NCBI GenBank assembly: GCA_002269645.1
Contig: NIVC01000095.1
Location: 372,001-436,000, forward strand
DNA from: Macrostomum lignano
Taxonomy: Eukaryota
DNA: 64,000 bases
Reading direction: 5' to 3'
Numbering within the stretch: position 1 is the first letter of the stretch; the number at the start of each line of letters is the position of its first letter. Both the position numbers and the translations under genes were made by a program. The notes under the pieces were generated by a model. The model was not told where the DNA came from, ran no database searches, and saw only the letters and a program-made list of their open reading frames with translations. This document shows positions 1-11,157 of this stretch, one piece after another.

Positions 1-533
1 ACAGATTACAGGACTACAGATTACAGGATTGCAGATTGCAGGACTAGAGATTACTGGATTACAGATTACAGGATTGCAGATTACAGGACTACAGATTACA
101 GGATTGCAGATTACAGGACTACAGATTACTGGATTACAGATTACAGGATTACTGATTTACAGTATTTAAAGATTTAAAGATTTTCAGATTTACAGACTTA
201 CAGATTTACAGACTTACAGATTTACAGACTTACAGATTTACAGACTTACAGATTTACAGACTTACAGATTTACAGACTTACAGATTTACAGACTTACAGA
301 TTTACAGACTTACAGATTTACAGACTTACAGATTTACAGACTTACAGATTTACAGACTTACAGATTTACAGACTTACAGATTTACAGACTTACAGATTTA
401 CAGACTTACAGATTTACAGACTTACAGATTTACAGACTTACAGATTTACAGACTTACAGATTTACAGACTTACAGATTTACAGACTTACAGATTTACAGA
501 CTTACAGATTTACAGACTTACAGATTTACAGAC
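1..533. repeat. Tandem repeat with 8-bp subunit; (TTACAGACTTACAGAT)n from ~186, degenerate ACAGATTACAGG-type units before; in the upstream intron of Dbx
   Basis: Directly visible periodicity. Confidence 0.95.
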
Positions 534-622
534 TAACTTACAGGCTCAAATCTCTGCTTGAAATAATTTTTAATTCTCAACACTGCTTTCACCAAACCCA
601 ACACCTGCACGCTTCCTTGCAG

Positions 623-3600
623 CCTCTCTGCCTCATCAACCGTCAGCGGCGGGCCCTACAGTTTCGGCTGCATCGGCGGCAGCGGCCGCGGCCGCCGCAG
701 CAGCAGCAGCCAGCTACCTGCCCAGCCAGCATCAGCAGCTGATGCTTGGCAGCCTCCTGCTACCAGGCCCGCTGCACCACCTGGACTTTATGCTTCATCA
801 CCAGCATCACCAGCATCATCCGCAGTATCCGCCGGGTTCCGCAGCCGCCGCAGCCGCCGCCTTCGCTTCCGTGGCTGCGTTCCGCGGCAAGCCACGTCGG
901 GGAATGCTCCGACGGGCCGTGTTCAGCGACTGCCAGAGGCGCGGCCTCGAGAAGGTGTTCCAGCGGCAAAAGTACATCAGCAAACCGGACAGAAAGCGAC
1001 TGGCCGATAAACTCGGCCTCAAGGATTCGCAGGTGAGTGACGTCAGGTGTTGCAGCCTGTAATTCTGACTGGCAATTGTCGTAGAACCAAATTCACAGCA
1101 GCACGAGGGCTGAACTGCTGGAGCTGAGAGCTTTCGCAGCGGCTGTACACTGAGGTTTGACACAGAGGCGTGCGAGGAATTTTTTTTGAAGGGGGCCGCA
1201 AACCTTAGGGCGTCTTGGGTGGCGCCCTTGTCTCTTGGTGGGCGCCCCCCCCGTCTCTTGATTGGGCGCGCCTGTCTCTTAGTGGGCGCCCCTGTCTCTT
1301 GGTTGGGTGCGCCTGTCTCTTAGTGGGCACCCCTGTCTCTTGGTTGGGCGCCCCTGTCTCTTAGTGGGCGCCCTCCGTCTCTTGGTTGGGCGCCCCTGTC
1401 TCTTAGTGGGCGCCCCTGTCTCTTGTTAGGCGCCCCCGTCTCTTGGTGGGCGCCCCCCGTCTCTTGGTGGGCGCCCCCCGTCTCTTGGTGGGCGCCCCCA
1501 GTCTCTTGGTGGGCGCCCCTGTCTTTTGGGTGGCGCCTCTGTCTCTTGGTGGGCGCCCCTGTCCCTTGGTGGGCGCCCCTGTCTCTTGGTTTGGCGCCCC
1601 TGTCTCTTGGTGGGCACCCCTGTCTGTTGGGTGGCGCCCTCTGTCTCTTGGTGGGCGCCCCCGTCTCTTGGTGGGCGCTCCTGTCTCTTGGTGGGCGCCC
1701 CCGTCTCTTGGTGGGCGCTCCCTGTCTCTTGGTGGGCGCCCCCGTCTCTTGGTGGGCGCTCCCTGTCTCTTGGTGGGCGCCCCTGTCCCTTGGTGGGCGC
1801 CCCTGTCTCTTGGTTTGGCGCCCCTGTCTCTTGGTGGGCACCCCTGTCTGTTGGGTGGCGCCCTCTGTCTCTTGGTGGGCGCCCCCGTCTCTTGGTGGGC
1901 GCTCCTGTCTCTTGGTGGGCGCCCCCGTCTCTTGGTGGGCGCTCCCTGTCTCTTGGTGGGCGCCCCCGTCTCTTGGTGGGCGCTCCCTGTCTCTTGGTGG
2001 GCGCCCCTGTCCCTTGGTGGGCGCCCCCTGTCCCTTGGTGGGCGCCCCCTGTGTCTTGGTGGGCGCCCCTGTCTCTTGGTCGGCGCCCCCTGTCTCTTGG
2101 TGGGCGCCCCTGTCTCTTGGTGGGCGCCCCCTGTCTCTTGGTGGGCGCTCCCTGTCTCTTGTTGGGCGCCCCTGTCCCTTGGTGGGCGCCCCCTGTCTCT
2201 TGGTGGGCGCCCCCTGTCTCTTGGTGGGCGCCCTTTTTTGTTGGGTGGCGCCCTCTGTCTCTTGGTGGGCGCCCCTGTCTCTTGGTGGGCGCCCCTGTCT
2301 CTTGGTGGGCGCCCTTTTCTGTTGGGTGGCGCCCTCTGTCTCTTGGTGGGCGCCCCTGTCTCTTGGTGGGCGCCCCTGTCTCTTGGTGGGCGCCCACTGT
2401 CTCTTGGTGAGCGCTTTCTGTCTCTTGGTGGGCGCCCCTGTCTCTTGGTGGGCGCCCCTGTCTCTTGGTGGGCGCCCACTGTCTCTTGGTGAGCGCTTTC
2501 TGTCTCTTGGTGGGCGCCCCTGTTCCTTGGTGGGTGCCCCTGTCTCTTGGTGAGAGCTTTCTGTCTCTTTGTAACTAACTAACCACGACCAGCTCGGCTT
2601 AACTTGTAGCGCTGACCAAATTGTCTTGAAAGATGCTGACGAATCTAAATTTATATAGCCCCCCCCCCCCTATAGCTCGACACATTTCGTCAGATCATTA
2701 GGATGTGAATATGAAATTATATTAGGCATAGTTGATGATGATTTCTCTGTGGTAAAATAGGAACAGCCTTATAAATATTTCAAACAATGAGCTGCATAAA
2801 GCAAGCGCTGGTCGCACATGAGCCACTCAATCTTTATTGAGGCGGGGACAAAAGCCACATATTGGTCATCTCAGCCTGCCAGCACCCCAGGGAGCCATCA
2901 TCGCCAGATGGGTCTGCGAGCCGAGGCTCTCATTTGCATCCCGAGGTCAATAAAAAAATTTAGTCCAACAGGTTTGAGGCGAAATATCCCTTTTTCTAGT
3001 TCCAAGTCTTGGGGGAATTGAATAAATTGGCCAGTCATGAGATTAATCCTAAACTGACGTCAAAACTCAACCATGGCTGAAGCGACTTCGCTCAAATATT
3101 CATGCCATTCCCTTTCCGCTTGACAACGCCAAATAGACTCACTCTCTGAGTTTTTCCCTGGGTCGATAAAAACGAGATTTGAATATTACGAGTCATTTTC
3201 CAGCTCGAATAGTGGAGCAGTTTTTTCCATCTTCCCATTTGTCTCCCTTCTCTCACCACTTTAATTCCCATCGGGAAACAATTTTTTTGTCACGATCGTT
3301 TTAATTTTGTGTCCTTTACAAAGTTAACTTTCGATACATATCGGCAATTGCAAATCTACAGAGGATTCTTAATTAGTTGGTAGTCAGTCTTTTGGACGGT
3401 GCCGCGAATCAATACGAAGGTCGGTCGGGAGTTTCGCTGATCCCTGTACGTATGGGCACCCGCTCCCACAGGGTGTACAGCAGCCCTGAACCTATGGGCA
3501 CCCGCTCCCACAGGGTGTACAGCAGCCCTGAACCTATGGGCACCCGCTCCCACAGGGTGTACAGCAGCCCTGAACCTATGGGCACCCGCTCCCACAGGGT

Positions 3601-4206
3601 GTACAGCAGCCCTGAACCTATGGGCACCCGCTCCCACAGGGTGTACAGCAGCCCTGAACCTATGGGCACCCGCTCCCACAGGGTGTACAGCAGCCCTGAA
3701 CCTATGGGCACCCGCTCCCACAGGGTGTACAGCAGCCCTGACTTTCTCGTCGCCCGCACGGATTCGAACCCGGGGACTGTTGAGGCGAGAGTCTGACGCG
3801 TTTACCACTTGGCTACTCTGCCCGCCCGAACAAGCCATGACAATTCTCAGTAATTAATCCACTTCACACATCGCCGCAGGTGAAAATCTGGTTTCAAAAT
3901 CGTCGAATGAAATGGCGAAACTCCAAGGAACGCGAGCTGTTCAACAACAGCGTCCCGGGCGGCGGCGTCGGCGGCTGCAGCTCCTCGACTGGCGGAGTTG
4001 AACAGCCACAGCAAGTCGAAGCGAGCGATTCCGATGAGGATGCCAATGAGCGAGGAGGCCACGATGAAGCTGCTGCTGCTGAGGAAGCTGATGAAGCCGA
4101 ACTCAAGCCTCAGCAGCATCGAGAGCGATGCAGCTCTGCAGCTTCAGTTGGGCCGCCAATGCTGAACAGCTGCACCCCTAGCCCTGAGAGCGGCTATATG
4201 CCATAG
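623..4206 (+). CDS. DBX: Dbx (developing brain homeobox) homeodomain transcription factor, last two coding exons (623-1032, 3880-4206); 5' exon(s) outside window
   Basis: Acceptor ttgcag|623, donor CAG|gtgagt at 1032/1033, acceptor cgcag|3880, stop TAG 4204-4206. Joined homeodomain RGMLRRAVFSDCQRRGLEKVFQRQKYISKPDRKRLADKLGLKDSQ|VKIWFQNRRMKWRNSKERE closely matches the DBX homeodomain as I recall it. Intron before VKIWFQN is a typical ANTP-class position. Poly-Ala and His tracts upstream. Confidence 0.93.
1228..2571. repeat. GC-rich 20-22 bp minisatellite (GGTGGGCGCCCCTGTCTCTT)n in Dbx intron
   Basis: Visible periodicity, each unit with palindrome GGGCGCCC; source of spurious ORFs 1320-2553. 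Confidence 0.95.
3358..3826 (-). mobile_element. tRNA-derived SINE with internal 7x42-bp tandem amplification
   Basis: Minus strand head GGCAGAGTAGCCAAGTGGTAAACGCG...GGGTTCGAATCC: A-box at 3805-3815, B-box at 3760-3770; no closable acceptor stem. The 42-bp unit ATGGGCACCCGCTCCCACAGGGTGTACAGCAGCCCTGAACCT is repeated 7x from 3452 to ~3742. Confidence 0.75.
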
Positions 4207-4364
4207 ATAGGCCTCATCATATGCTACCACTGTTTCACTTTGTTTTGCGCAATGGCTTCTTGTTGACGACTTCAATTTAATAGATATTTGCGTCTGATTC
4301 CCAGCTAGATATGCACATTTACATATTATGTAGCTAGTTATTGATTTAGTATGGTGAACAAACG

Positions 4365-7015
4365 CAAGTGCAGTGTTTTTGGCAACCGGAAAATCCTAAG
4401 ATTATTAAAAACCGGAAGTGCAGTGTTTTTGGCAGCCGGAAAAACCCTAAGATTATTAGAAACCGAAAGTGCAGTGTTTTTGGCAACCGGAAAAACCCTA
4501 AGATTATAAGAAACCGGAAGTGCAGTGGTTTTGGCAGCCGGAAAAACCCTAAGATTATTAGAAACCGAAAGTGCAGTGTTTTTGGCAACCGGAAAAACCC
4601 TAAGATTATTAGAAACCGGAAGTGCAGTGTTTTTGGCAGCCGGAAAAACCCTAAGATTATAAGAAATCGGAAGTGCAGTGTTTTTGGCAACCGGAAAAAC
4701 CCTAAGATAGTAAGAAACCGGAAGTGCAGTGTTTTTGGCAGCCGGAAAAATCCTAAGATTATAAGAAACCGGAAGTGGAGTGTTTTTGGCAGCCGGAAAA
4801 TCCTAAGATAGTTAGAAACCGAAAGTGCAGTGTTTTTGGCAACCGGAAAAATCCTAAGATTATAAGAAACCGGAAGTGCAGTGTTTTTGGCAGCCGGAAA
4901 AACCCTAAGATTATAAGAAATCGGAAGTGCAGTGTTTTTGGCAACCGGAAAAACCCTAAGATAGTAAGAAACCGGAAGTGCAGTGTTTTTGGCAGCCGGA
5001 AAAATCCTAAGATTATAAGAAACCGGAAGTGGAGTGTTTTTGGCAGCCGGAAAATCCTAAGATAGTTAGAAACCGGAAGTGCAGTGTTTTTGGCAACCGG
5101 AAAAATCCTAAGATTATAAGAAACCGGAAGTGCAGTGTTTTTGGCAGCCGGAAAAACCCTAAGATTATAAGAAACCGGAAGTGCAGTGTTTTTGGCAACC
5201 GGAAAAACCCTAAGATTATAAGAAACCGGAAGTGCAGTGTTTTTGGCAACCGGAAAAACCCTAAGATAGTAAGAAACCGGAAGTGCAGTGTTTTTGGCAG
5301 CCAGAAAAACCCTAAGATTATTAGAAACCGGAAGTGCAGTGTTTTTGGCAACCGGGAAAACCCTAAGATTATAAGAAACCGGAAGTGCAGTGTTTTTGGC
5401 AGCCGGAAAATCCTAAGATTATTAAAAACCGAAAGTGCAGTGTTTTTGGCAGCCGGAAAAACCCTAAGATTATTAGAAACCGGAAGTGCAGTGTTTTTGG
5501 CAACCGGAAAAACCCTAAGATTATAAGAAACCGGAAGTGCAGTGTTTTTGGCAACCGGAAAAACCCTAAGATAGTAAGAAACCGGAAGTGCAGTGTTTTT
5601 GGCAGCCGGAAAATCCTAAGATTATTAAAAACCGGAAGTGCAGTGTTTTTGGCAGCCGGAAAAACCCTAAGATTATTAGAAACCGGAAGTGCAGTGTTTT
5701 TGGCAACCGGAAAAACCCTAAGATTATAAGAAACCGGAAGTGCAGTGTTTTTGGCAGCCGGAAAAACCCTAAGATTATTAGAAACCGGAAGTGCAGTGTT
5801 TTTGGCAGCCGGAAAAACCCTAAGATTATAAGAAACCGGAAGTGCAGTGTTTTTGGCAACCGGAAAAACCCTAAGATTATAAGAAACCGGAAGTGCAGTG
5901 TTTTTGGCAACCGGAAAAACCCTAAGATTATAAGAAACCGGAAGTGCAGTGTTTTTGGCAACCGGAAAAACCCTAAGATAGTAAGAAACCGGAAGTGCAG
6001 TGTTTTTGGCAGCCAGAAAAACCCTAAGATTATTAGAAACCGGAAGTGCAGTGTTTTTGGCAACCGGGAAAACCCTAAGATTATAAGAAACCGGAAGTGC
6101 AGTGTTTTTGGCAGCCGGAAAATCCTAAGATTATTAAAAACCGGAAGTGCAGTGTTTTTGGCAGCCGGAAAAACCCTAAGATTATTAGAAACCGGAAGTG
6201 CAGTGTTTTTGGCAACCGGAAAAACCCTAAGATTATAAGAAACCGGAAGTGCAGTGTTTTTGGCAACCGGAAAAACCCTAAGATAGTAAGAAACCGGAAG
6301 TGCAGTGTTTTTGGCAGCCGGAAAATCCTAAGATTATTAAAAACCGGAAGTGCAGTGTTTTTGGCAGCCGGAAAAACCCTAAGATTATTAGAAACCGGAA
6401 GTGCAGTGTTTTTGGCAACCGGAAAAACCCTAAGATTATAAGAAACCGGAAGTGCAGTGTTTTTGGCAGCCGGAAAAACCCTAAGATTATTAGAAACCGG
6501 AAGTGCAGTGTTTTTGGCAACCGGAAAACCCTAAGATTATAAGAAACCGGAAGTGCAGTGTTTTTGGCAACCGGAAAAATCCTAAGATTATTAAAAACCG
6601 GAAGTGCAGTGTTTTTGGCAGCCGGAAAAACCCTAAGATTATTAGAAACCGGAAGTGCAGTGTTTTTGGCAACCGGAAAAACCCTAAGATTATAAGAAAC
6701 CGGAAGTGCAGTGTTTTTGGCAGCCGGAAAAACCCTAAGATTATTAGAAACCGGAAGTGCAGTGTTTTTGGCAACCGGAAAACCCTAAGATTATAAGAAA
6801 CCGGAAGTGCAGTGTTTTTGGCAACCGGAAAAACCCTAAGATTATAAGAAACCGGAAGTGCAGTGTTTTTGGCAGCCGGAAAAACCCTAAGATTATTAGA
6901 AACCGGAAGTGCAGTGTTTTTGGCAACCGGAAAACCCTAAGATTATAAGAAACCGGAAGTGCAGTGTTTTTGGCAACCGGAAAAACCCTAAGATAGCTAG
7001 GAACCGGAAGTGCAG
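4365..7015. repeat. 51-bp minisatellite (GGAAGTGCAGTGTTTTTGGCAGCCGGAAAAACCCTAAGATTATTAGAAACC)n, ~52 units, with higher-order blocks (~203 and ~712 bp)
   Basis: Visible periodicity; identical ORF fragments offset by 203 and 712 bp in the ORF track. Confidence 0.97.
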
Positions 7016-8447
7016 CGTTATATTCTCAGAACAGGCGTTTGAAAGCTGGTTAAATGGTTAAACTGATCTCAAACCATCTGCTTGTTTAGATAATTTGAGG
7101 CAAATTTTGTTCTACATGTTAATTTACGGATTAAAAATACACAAAATATTTAGCTCATAAATACGTGTGTTCCCATCCAGAACTAATAGCCTCTATCTAT
7201 AACTACCTTATTTTAAAAAGCCTTCAAGAAAGTCGCTTTTTGACTTTTGACTTTTTTGACTTATAATTGGGTTTTATTTGTGACTGTTGCTTTTTTAAAT
7301 TACAGAATGACAGAAAAATTATTTAATCAACTGTTTGCTAGAACTAAACTTTTTTAAGTTTTAAAGTTCACAATCACCTCATTTCCACCAGTCACTTTTT
7401 CTATCTTCCCTCTGGTCTCATCTCTTCAGCCTCTCTTCCATCTTCCCACCAGCCTATCTTCTCCATCTTCTCACAAACCACTCCTCTTCAACCTTCCTTA
7501 AGCCTCTCTTCCTCATATTCCTTCCACTATTCTTAATTTTCTTACCAGCCTCTCATCTTCATCTCTTTCGGTAGTTTCTCCATCGTATTAACTCATAATT
7601 CTGTATACTAAAAATGAGGCAAATTTTACATGCTAAAAATTACACCAATTGGACCTGGCACCCTAATATCCATGCTGCATATTTTTCTACATTACTCACT
7701 GAAATAAATTGGCTAAACCCCAAAGAAAGACTTGAACTAATCATTAAAGTTATGATTGATGAAGTTGCTGAGTCTGGAGATGCAGCTGGAAAGGGACGCA
7801 TTGCAGAAATAGCCGAGCAAAGCCGAGGCCAAGGGTAAAAAATGCCTCACAAGAGGGAGAAGAGGTGTGGTTCTTCCAAAAGAAGAAAAACCAGCACAGC
7901 GCACCATATAACTTCCTGATTTGTTCTGCCTTCATTATAGTCAAGGCGTTAAGGTGTGAGTGAGAGAGATGAGATCAGGTAAGAGAAGTTAACCCCTTTG
8001 AAGGTAATGTGCGCTAGCCTGAAGGAAAAACAGTTATTTATGTCCGGTTACTCCCCCATGCAGGGGCACTTCATTGCTGAATAACAATATTGAACAGCTG
8101 GCTCTCACCAAATCCTTGGCGGGCTGCTCACATGAGTGTTTTTTTATAAAAAAATGCTTCTCACCTATATGAATTGCACCACCAAGGAATTTTGAATGAG
8201 CCTTGAAGTGCTGAAAGGTTGGCAGGTAAAGGTGTTTAACCGTGTATGCCAATATTGCCATATAATTAAACTGAATGGCTTAGGATGGAATGCGTCATCT
8301 GTGATTTATATTGTGCGCTGCGGACCGATGGACTCAGAGGCAGAGTTAAGTGGCTGTCAAAAATTTTATGACGTTCTCATAACTGCTGCATTTATTTTAT
8401 AGCCAAAATATATGGCAACCGCCTGATTCACAAGATGCGTAACTCTG

Positions 8448-10372
8448 CTATCCTCAAATTTGTTCTGCCATCCTCAAATTCGTTCTGCCATCCTCAAATT
8501 CGTTCTGCCATCCTCAAATTCGTTCTGCCATCCTCAAATTCGTTCTGCCATCCTCAAATTCGTTCTGCCATCCTCAAATTCGTTCTGCCATCCTCAAATT
8601 CGTTCTGCCATCCTCAAATTCGTTCTGCCATCCTCAAATTCGTTCTGCCATCCTCAAATTCGTTCTGCCATCCTCAAATTCATTCTGCCATCCTCAAATT
8701 CGTTCTGCCATCCTCAAATTCGTTCTGCCATCCTCAAATTTGTTCCGACATCCTCAAATTCGTTCTGCCATCCTCAAATTCGTTCTGCCATCCTCAAATT
8801 CGTTCTGCCATCCTCAAATTCGTTCTGCCATCCTCAAATTCGTTCTGCCATCCTCAAATTCGTTCCGACATCCTCAAATTCGTTCTGACATCCTCAAATT
8901 CGTTCTGACATCCTCAAATTCGTTCTGACATCCTCAAATTCGTTCTGACATCCTCAAATTCGTTCCTACATCCTCAAATTCGTTCTGCCATCCTCAAATT
9001 TGTTCCTACATCCTCAAATTCGTTCTGCCATCCTCAAATTCGTTCCTACATCCTCAAATTTGTTCCTACGAGTACATCCTCAAATTCGTTCTGACATCCT
9101 CAAATTCGTTCTGACATCCTCAAATTTGTTCCTACATCCTCAAATTCGTTCTGCCATCCTCAAATTCGTTCCTACGAGTACATCCTCAAATTCGTTCTGA
9201 CATCCTCAAATTCGTTCTGACATCCTCAAATTCGTTCTGCCATCCTCAAATTTGTTCCTACGAGTACATCCTCAAATTCGTTCTGACATCCTCAAATTCG
9301 TTCTGACATCCTCAAATTTGTTCCTACATCCTCAAATTCGTTCTGCCATCCTCAAATTCGTTCCTACGAGTACATCCTCAAATTCGTTCTGACATCCTCA
9401 AATTCGTTCTGACATCCTCAAATTCGTTCTGCCATCCTCAAATTTGTTCCTACGAGTACATCCTCAAATTCGTTCTGACATCCTCAAATTCGTTCTGACA
9501 TCCTCAAATTCGTTCTGACATCCTCAAATTCGTTCCTACATCCTCAAATTCGTTCTGCCATCCTCAAATTCGTTCCGACATCCTCAAATTCGTTCTGACA
9601 TCCTCAAATTCGTTCTGACATCCTCGCATTCATTCTGACATCCTCGCATTCATTCTGACATCCTCGCATTCATTCTGACATCCTCGCATTCATTCTGACA
9701 TCCTCGCATTCATTCTGACACCTTCGCATTCATTCTGACACCTTCGCATTCATTCTGACACCTTCGCATTCATTCTGACATCCTCGCATTCATTCTGACA
9801 TCTTCGCATTCATTCTGACATCCTCGCATTCATTCTGACATCCTCGCATTCATTCTGGCATCCTCGCATTCATTCTGACACCTTCGCATTCATTCTGACA
9901 CCTTCGCATTCATTCTGACACCTTCGCATTCATTCTGACACCTTCGCATTCATTCTGACATCCTCGCATTCATTCTGACATCCTCGCATTCATTCTGACA
10001 TCCTCGCATTCATTCTGACATCCTCGCATTCATTCTGACACCTTCGCATTCATTCTGACACCTTCGCATTCATTCTGACACCTTCGCATTCATTCTGACA
10101 CCTTCGCATTCATTCTGACACCTTCGCATTCATTCTAACATCCTCGCATTCATTCTGACATCCTCGCATTCATTCTGACACCTTCGCATTCATTCTGACA
10201 TCCTCGCATTCATTCTGACATCTTCGCATTCATTCTGACATCCTCGCATTCATTCTGACATCCTCGCATTCATTCTGACATCCTCGCATTCATTCTGACA
10301 TCCTCGCATTCATTCTGACATCCTCGCATTCATTCTGACACCTTCGCATTCATTCTGACATTCTCGCATTTA
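8448..10372. repeat. 20-bp minisatellite, TCCTCAAATTCGTTCTGCCA grading into TCCTCGCATTCATTCTGACA
   Basis: Visible periodicity; variant switch near 9625; occasional CCTACGAGTACA insertion variant. Confidence 0.97.
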
Positions 10373-11157
10373 TATTTGACTACATTTTACATATTTATAT
10401 TCATATTTATAAGGAAGGTTTCGAAATTTCATATTTTTACATCTTGAGACATCCAATTGTACTATGGTAGTGTTATCCTGATGATTTTTTAAACTACAAA
10501 GTAATAAATACTGAAGATGGAGATGCAAATTAAACTATAAAATTTTCACACAGAACCCTACAGAGCAAACAGCCCTGACCGTCAGTGTCTAAATTCCGAA
10601 AATCGCTCACTTTTGCCCCGTACAGGGTTTACAGTGTTTAGTCCTCTGTCCAATTAAATTAATTAAACAGAGTTTCTGATTCTCATGGTTTGAGACACGT
10701 CCAGATTTGATGGCGGATATGCATATATCCTATGGGCAATCACTTTCCTGTATGCAGGACTGCCTAAAGAGGTTTGACAGGAAATTTATAAAACTATTTG
10801 GTTTGTATATGTATGAATAGAATCGCTATGAAATAAACAGACGACTGCCATAAAAGCCATCTGGCAATCAGAGAGGAGCAAGCATGCGTTATAAGATTCG
10901 GCTGCTTTTGAAATTGCTTGATTGATGGAATATTTTAAAATATCAAGCACGAAATTTGAAGCTTTTACGAGATTTAAAACAAACAACAAACAGTGTTGAT
11001 TTTGTTAATTTCGACGAGTAGATAATTGATTTGTTTCTTGTTCTGTCTCTTTCATTCTGCGAGTTCGTGTCAAAGCAAAGGCCTACACGACTCTGTTGGT
11101 TCCTTCTTATGTCAGCTGTTTATCCATTGTGACAAGAAACTTTTAGACTCCGGGAGT

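Noticed and set aside
1320-2553. Long ORFs of 170-376 aa on both strands
   Set aside because: They are translations of the 20-22 bp minisatellite inside the Dbx intron; overlapping frames on both strands, no domain content.
3745-3826. Functional tRNA gene
   Set aside because: A and B boxes are present, but acceptor and T stems do not pair and it runs into a SINE-like body.
4346-6948. Many ORFs with RKCSVFGNRKNPKIIRN repeats
   Set aside because: A 51-bp unit (multiple of 3) gives stop-free frames by chance.
4365-7015. CRISPR-like regular array
   Set aside because: Units are head-to-tail with no unique spacers, there are no cas genes, and the context is eukaryotic. The same applies to all other arrays in the window.
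7614-8402. Short ORFs between arrays (also 10786-10989)
   Set aside because: No recognisable motif or consistent splice structure; cannot support a gene or TE call.
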